The notes below the pieces were generated by a model, which searched no databases, was not told the origin of the DNA, and saw nothing but the letters and a program-made list of their open reading frames with translations. A stretch of 42,647 bases of DNA from the sequence record SRR20825006_676; one strand, given 5' to 3'. The translations under genes were made by a program, and so were the position numbers. Shown here in pieces: positions 37,504-42,647 of the stretch (within the stretch, counting starts at the first letter, position 1; the number at the start of each line of letters is the position of its first letter).

Positions 37504-38787
37504 ATGAAACACTTATCAGCAATATTCATACTACTTTTAGCATTCAATGCTTGTACGAGCCCTGAAAACACCACCGATAAGGCTAGAAAGATTCACGAAA
37601 GAGTAATCACCTTAGATACTCACGCTGATATTAACACTTCCAATTTCACTGCCGAGAAGAACTATTCTCAAGAGCTTTCAACGCAGGTTAATTTGCCAAA
37701 AATGAATGCTGGTGGGTTAGATGTAGCCTTTTTTATCGTGTATACCGGCCAAAGTGACCTTACCGAAGATGGTTTTGATGCCGCTTATGAAAATGCTATC
37801 AGTAAGTTTGATGCTATTCACCGCCTAACTGAAGAACTTGCTCCAGACGAAATTGAACTCGCTCTTACTTCTGATGATGTTCGTAGAATTGTCAAATCAG
37901 GTAAGAAAGTAGCTATGATTGGTGTTGAGAATGGCTATCCAGTTGGGTCAGACATCTCAAGAGTTCAAGAGTTTTATGAAAGAGGCGCTCGTTATATGTC
38001 TCTAGCGCATAACGGACATAGCCAGCTTAGTGATTCAAACACAGGAGAAAGAGACGATGTTTGGCTGTATAATGGTTTAAGCGATTTAGGAAGAGAAGTT
38101 ATCGCTGAAATGAACAAATGGGGCATTATGATTGACCTTTCTCATCCATCGAAATTGGCAAATATGGAAATGATGCGCCTTTCAAAAGCTCCTGTTATTG
38201 CTTCACATTCTTCGTCTAGATCAGTAAACGATGTAAGTCGTAATTTGGATGACGAAGAGCTGATGATGCTTAAAGAAAATGGCGGCGTTGTGCAGACAGT
38301 AGCATTTAAAAGCTATGTGAACTCTGAAAAAGATGCAGCTTATCAAGAAGAAGCTCAAAAAGTTACTGCTAGAGTTGCAGAAGAAATGGACTTTAAAATT
38401 ATTCCACGAAGCGAAATGAGAGCTTTAAGTGGCGAAGAACGTGATGCTTATTTCGCACAATACAGCGCTGTGCGTGAAAAAGCAGCTCCAATTATTGCAG
38501 AAGAAGTAAACAAAGTTGCTCCTCCTGTAGATGTTAATGACTTTGTTGATCACCTCGACTACATGGTAAATTTAATTGGTATCGACCATGTTGGTATTAG
38601 CTCCGACTTTGACGGCGGCGGCGGCGTAGAAGGCTGGAACGACGCTTCAGAAACGTTTAACGTAACGCTAGAGCTTGTTAACCGAGGTTATACCGAAGAA
38701 CAAATTGAGAAGCTTTGGAGCGGCAATTTACTACGAGTGCTAGACGAAGTTCAGAAAGTAGCAGCTGACATTCAGGCTGAAATCTAA
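37504..38787 (+). CDS. Membrane dipeptidase (peptidase M19) lipoprotein
   Basis: Lipobox FNA-C; LDTHAD, GVENG, LAHN, IDLSH, IASHS, HVGISSDFDGG, GNLLRV. Confidence 0.92.
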   Translation: MKHLSAIFILLLAFNACTSPENTTDKARKIHERVITLDTHADINTSNFTAEKNYSQELSTQVNLPKMNAGGLDVAFFIVYTGQSDLTEDGFDAAYENAISKFDAIHRLTEELAPDEIELALTSDDVRRIVKSGKKVAMIGVENGYPVGSDISRVQEFYERGARYMSLAHNGHSQLSDSNTGERDDVWLYNGLSDLGREVIAEMNKWGIMIDLSHPSKLANMEMMRLSKAPVIASHSSSRSVNDVSRNLDDEELMMLKENGGVVQTVAFKSYVNSEKDAAYQEEAQKVTARVAEEMDFKIIPRSEMRALSGEERDAYFAQYSAVREKAAPIIAEEVNKVAPPVDVNDFVDHLDYMVNLIGIDHVGISSDFDGGGGVEGWNDASETFNVTLELVNRGYTEEQIEKLWSGNLLRVLDEVQKVAADIQAEI

Positions 38788-38822
38788 ACTACTTTCTAGT
38801 TTACTACTTTTCAAGATTACAC

Positions 38823-38856
38823 AAAGGGTTCCAAATAATTTTGGAGCCCTTTTTTT
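38823..38856 (+). terminator. Rho-independent terminator after the dipeptidase
   Basis: AAAGGGTTCCAAA...TTTGGAGCCCTTT followed by a T-run. Confidence 0.85.
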
Positions 38857-38869
38857 GTGATTACCTTTC

Positions 38870-39349
38870 TCTCATTACGTAGCTCCCCAGCGTAAAGCTG
38901 CCTGGAAGCTCCTGCTTACGATGGTGGTTGGGCTTTGTGTTATCGCTTGCTCGTTATTTAAAAACACCGCTTTTATTGATAGTCAAATGGGCTACTTGTG
39001 ACTATTCTATGTTAAAGCCCTAGATTCCTGCCTTCACAGGAATTACGTTGATGGGCCGGGGAATGGGAATTACGCTTTTAACAATAAGATTGTACTGAAG
39101 GTCCTTCGTCCCGAGGCATCGGGATCAGGATGACAGATGTTGTTCGTTATTTCCGATTCCGTTCGCTTTTTCTGAATTTGGCACTGATGTATCTCCCTCG
39201 GGGGGAGACTGAATTCCCGCTTGCGGGAATTCAGAGGGAGGACTCTTCGTCTCTTGAGGTCGTAATAGAGTAATTGATCCTTTGTTACCACTCCAGATTC
39301 CTGCCTTCTCAGTAATGACGTTGATGGAGTTCAGAAATGGGAATTATGC
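38870..39349. repeat. Mosaic of REP-like palindromic elements
   Basis: AAGCTCCTGCTT (38906-38917, also at 4909-4920); imperfect direct repeat 39022-39075 / 39295-39349 starting AGATTCCTGCCTTC; hairpins TCCCGA-ggca-TCGGGA (39109-39124) and CTGAATTCCCGC-tt-GCGGGAATTCAG (39209-39234). Confidence 0.8.
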
Positions 39350-39384
39350 ATCATTCTCCAATCTTATCTCCTACGTCTTGTAGC

Positions 39385-39418
39385 AAAAAAAGCCCTGATG
39401 AATTAACATCAGGGCTTT
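39385..39418 (-). terminator. Rho-independent terminator after the PID-CTERM-like gene
   Basis: AAAGCCCTGATG-aattaa-CATCAGGGCTTT with a T-run on the minus strand. Confidence 0.88.
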
Positions 39419-39445
39419 GAGATTTTTTAATAAAAGAATCTTTGT

Positions 39446-39637
39446 TTAAATCTCTTCGCTGTTTCTGCCTTTAAGCTTCTTCCAAGCGTAAACACCACCT
39501 GCTGCTGCAAGTAACGTCAATCCACCGTCAATAGGAGCTTGATCTGGAGTAGATGGAAGCCCTGGAGGCTGAGCCATTGCAAATTCAGTAGCAAAAAGGA
39601 GAATCGCGGTAACCGCAAATAATAATCTTGATTTCAT
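39446..39637 (-). CDS. Small secreted protein with PID-CTERM-like sorting signal
   Basis: Signal peptide (AMA|Q), 12-aa Pro-rich core, PIDGG motif, hydrophobic helix, basic tail KKLKGR. Confidence 0.85.
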   Translation of the reverse strand: MKSRLLFAVTAILLFATEFAMAQPPGLPSTPDQAPIDGGLTLLAAAGGVYAWKKLKGRNSEEI

Positions 39638-39648
39638 AAAAATAGATG

Positions 39649-39720
39649 TAAGAGTTAAGATTTAAGAATTAAGACGTAAAACGTAAGACTAGTGTCTTAC
39701 ATCTTACATCTCATATCTTA
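39649..39720. repeat. Inverted array of 7-bp tandem repeats
   Basis: Six TAAGAnn-type units (39649-39690), a 4-nt spacer, then about four TCTTACA-type units (39695-39720), the reverse complement. Confidence 0.85.
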
Positions 39721-39723
39721 GGT

Positions 39724-42168
39724 CTATTTGATTAAAGTCATTTGACGTGTAATTGTTTGGCCAGCTGTACTTAAACGATAGAAATACATCCCGCTTGATA
39801 GGTTTTGTGCATCCCAAGTAATAGAATACGAACCAGCGCCTTTAACTTCATTCACTAGGTTTGCAACTTCTTGCCCCATCGTGTTATAAATTTTTAGGCT
39901 TACTAAACCACTTTTACCTATCGAATAGTTAACCGTTGTTGTTGGGTTAAATGGATTTGGATAGTTTTGCTCTAGAGCAAAATCACTTGGAAGTTCGTTT
40001 GGTTCGTTACTTACTACTGCTTTTGAGCGAATAACTAAAGAAAAACGGTTGCCTTTGCTCGCTTTCTGCTTTTGTGGTGTAATAGCTTCAAACATAGAAC
40101 CTTTTTTCTCCTGCTTAATTCCGCTGTTGCTCGTAAAGCTATAGCTTTCTTCGGTTCTAACATCTAAACGAATTTGGTCTTGGTAATCTACAAACTCGAT
40201 TTCCCAGTCAGACGGGATGTTATCTAAAGCAGGCCACGTAATGGTCATATCTTCAGATCTTTCTACCCAATTGCTACCTTCAACTTTCATAGCGCTGATT
40301 GAAATCGGAATTTCAATTTCATTCTCTAACTCACGAGGAAGGTTATTGATATCGAGTAAACGACCCTCTGATTCTGAAGCAATGCTAATGTAGTTCACAA
40401 AATCGAGAGGAGTAAGCTTAGCCGCATCCATGTTATCATCGCCCATTTTGCCTTCTGGAGTAAAACTGAAATACGCTTGGCTACGCTGTGTTTCGCTTTC
40501 AATTTTGAAGCTCATTACAGGAGAAGGTTCAGACTTATATAGCGTGCCGCCTGTAGATTTATCTGCTTCTTTGATAGTAAGCACAGGTGCTATACCTACA
40601 GCATCATTTTGTACCCAAAAACCTTGGAAAGGTGCAATTAAGCCGTCTGTTAAACCACCAGCAACGCCACTCCAAGTAATGTATCCTGGTAAAGACGAAT
40701 CATAAACCCAAACAGAAGTGTTTACATCTACACGAGTAAAGCTATCACTGTCTATCGTACTATTGTACGGATTTCCTACAAGTGTGTAAGTGTCAGCTCC
40801 CGTAGATATTGTTGGAAGAATGCTACCTGCATTTGCTGTTCCAGCTACTGAAAGTATTTTTGGGAAACCAGCATCGTCATCAGAAGCGTCGTAATCGTCA
40901 TCGCTGTAAACATACGCTGCAAAGCCCACACCTGTTGGCATAGTTGCTGTTAAGTCATCTACAGTAACAAAACTTGACCCGTTGAACGACATTACACTTG
41001 CGCTTCCTGTAGTTACATCAGCGCCTGTGGCAATACCTTGAGTCCAGATGTCGCCCAATAAATCGTCGTAGGTGTTATCTGACGTTGGTGAAGAAAGTAA
41101 TCTCCAACCTGCTATGCCTGTAATAGTCACATATTCACTTAATGAATAACCAGCAATACCATTATTCGGATCTGCTGCAAATACATCATACGAATCATCT
41201 GAATTTACCCGAACAGCTACTTCTCCATATAGAGAGGTGCCGCTTGAAGCATCACCCATTACTTCGGTATCAGCAACTAATGTTTTTGTACTCAAATTAT
41301 ATACTTGCACATTTCCTCTAGTATCAGCAGCACCATTCGATCTAGCTGCATAAAAAGCTGCATAATCCACACCGTCTACACTAAAGGTTTTAATTCCACT
41401 TGCTGAAACTATATGATCAGAAAAGTAACCTTTAGATACACCTGCATTATCAAAAATTCGTGGATTATAGCCATGTCCCGCTGTTACAAAGTCTGAAGTT
41501 CCACCTAACCCGAGGGGTGAAACCGACATATTTGTATTAAAAGCAGACCCAGAACCAGAAGTAGTAATGGTGCGTGTGCTCCAAGTAGCTCCTTGGTCAG
41601 ATGTGGTGCTTACATAAACTAAACCTGGGTTTGTACTTGCGGCTGTAGTCCACACTTCTACGGTGTTATCTGCTAAAGATCCCACCACGGTAAACTTATC
41701 GCCTAATCTACCGGCTTCAGTAACAGTGAAAGATTTATCAAATGTACCACCCTCACTTTCCCAAATGTATACTTTAAATGCATGCCCCCCAGAAGCAGCT
41801 AAAGTCAAATTTCCAACAAAGATTGCTCCATCTGTGGAAGTTTCAATATCAAAAACATCATAAAGCCCCACACCGCCAACACCAGTATTATCAAAAGGAG
41901 TATCTAAAGTAACATCTTCCCCTGTAATCGCATCTAATGTTCTTATTACATTGTCTGCTCTGCTTACCGCATACACTCGATTATTGTGGTAAGCAATTCC
42001 TCGCACCGAACTGCTATACCATGCAGGCTTTCCTTCAGCACCTGTTGTAGATGTTCGGTCCCATTTCGCGGGAATATCTGTTTGAGCATTAGCTTGTATA
42101 GTAAAAGCGCCAATCATAAAAGCGCTTGCACACAAGCCACATAAATATTTTTGTAGAGTTTTTTTCAT
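39724..42168 (-). CDS. T9SS type A sorting-domain protein (N-terminal beta-propeller-like domain resembling DUF4623)
   Basis: Signal peptide (ANA|Q); VRGIAY...VYAVSR N-domain; middle module (GWRLLSSP, LVGNPY, IAPFQGFWV); CTD LEQNYPNPFNPTT...GMYFYRL...RQMTLIK. Confidence 0.9.
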   Translation of the reverse strand: MKKTLQKYLCGLCASAFMIGAFTIQANAQTDIPAKWDRTSTTGAEGKPAWYSSSVRGIAYHNNRVYAVSRADNVIRTLDAITGEDVTLDTPFDNTGVGGVGLYDVFDIETSTDGAIFVGNLTLAASGGHAFKVYIWESEGGTFDKSFTVTEAGRLGDKFTVVGSLADNTVEVWTTAASTNPGLVYVSTTSDQGATWSTRTITTSGSGSAFNTNMSVSPLGLGGTSDFVTAGHGYNPRIFDNAGVSKGYFSDHIVSASGIKTFSVDGVDYAAFYAARSNGAADTRGNVQVYNLSTKTLVADTEVMGDASSGTSLYGEVAVRVNSDDSYDVFAADPNNGIAGYSLSEYVTITGIAGWRLLSSPTSDNTYDDLLGDIWTQGIATGADVTTGSASVMSFNGSSFVTVDDLTATMPTGVGFAAYVYSDDDYDASDDDAGFPKILSVAGTANAGSILPTISTGADTYTLVGNPYNSTIDSDSFTRVDVNTSVWVYDSSLPGYITWSGVAGGLTDGLIAPFQGFWVQNDAVGIAPVLTIKEADKSTGGTLYKSEPSPVMSFKIESETQRSQAYFSFTPEGKMGDDNMDAAKLTPLDFVNYISIASESEGRLLDINNLPRELENEIEIPISISAMKVEGSNWVERSEDMTITWPALDNIPSDWEIEFVDYQDQIRLDVRTEESYSFTSNSGIKQEKKGSMFEAITPQKQKASKGNRFSLVIRSKAVVSNEPNELPSDFALEQNYPNPFNPTTTVNYSIGKSGLVSLKIYNTMGQEVANLVNEVKGAGSYSITWDAQNLSSGMYFYRLSTAGQTITRQMTLIK

Positions 42169-42647
42169 AGTGCCTCGAATTTTGACTTATTCTTATTGTT
42201 GTATTTTAGACGCACCAATCCCACGCTAAAAAGCTTGGATTTTTAATTTTGTGCGTTGTACCGTCTCCGTATTCTTGAAATGATTGCCTTCCTTCTAACA
42301 AGTTGACTTCTTGCCCTAAATCAATCACGACTACCTCGAATATTTCATATTATTTTCAATCCACAAAAAATTATCTTCGTTTTTGGCACTGTAATACAAT
42401 GTTTTACCAATTTTTTACTAAATGTAAAAAGTTAATCGTATTTGTAAAATTAAGTAAAATTATATAATTAACTAATTTTCAGATAATTAACATGGCTATT
42501 CGCTTATGGGAATTGAACCTCGTCATGAACGCTAGTGAGCAAATCATATCATGGCTAAAGAAAGAACTCTGTATTTGCTGAACTACTAGTTATTACCACA
42601 AATAAATCCACCATTAAGAGAGTTTCCTAGTCAGATTATTTGTTAAA

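Noticed and set aside
39070-39291. 73-aa minus-strand ORF
   Set aside because: Lies wholly within the palindromic repeat mosaic, downstream of a strong terminator, with no protein-like features.
42200-42345. Cyclic di-GMP-I riboswitch (AGGGCAA and ACGCAC seen on the minus strand)
   Set aside because: The elements are in the wrong order and the GNRA tetraloop/receptor architecture is missing.

Overview
AT-rich bacterial chromosome segment from the Bacteroidota-related (FCB) group, most consistent with Balneolaceae (Balneola/Gracilimonas-like). This is an inference from the T9SS type A C-terminal domain, a TAnnTTTG promoter box, Gln at +1 after signal peptides, and the gcvT-comB-ftsK-lolA gene order. 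About 37 credible CDS; no rRNA, tRNA, CRISPR array, transposase or integrase was seen. 1-5 kb is an accessory-looking run of secreted/membrane genes (YHYH protein, His-start secreted protein, EF-hand lipoprotein, Zn-ribbon/SH3b protein, small beta-barrel) punctuated by REP-like palindromes. 5-20 kb holds mostly housekeeping and periplasmic genes: M28 peptidase, YhhN, RluA-type synthase, USP, cca-ispE-glgP, an ECF sigma/anti-sigma/Spy-CpxP trio, mscS and a VPS10/BNR protein. 20.4-32.1 kb is a long minus-strand run, gcvT-comB-ftsK-lolA-flippase-like followed by an OM barrel, a small HU-like gene, an HU-like/acidic/TM/SPOR protein, exbB, exbD and tonB. After that come mrp/apbC, a TRIC-family gene, an antenna-bearing Glu dehydrogenase, a membrane-anchored M15-like peptidase cluster, an M19 dipeptidase, a mosaic of palindromic repeats, and a T9SS cargo gene followed by a 63-aa PIDGG-TM-basic (PID-CTERM-like) micro-protein. 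The best candidates for poorly described systems are (i) the HU/SPOR/ExbBD-TonB/OM-barrel trans-envelope module, (ii) the T9SS cargo plus PID-CTERM micro-protein pair, and (iii) a putative ECF-controlled YHYH metal/envelope module.
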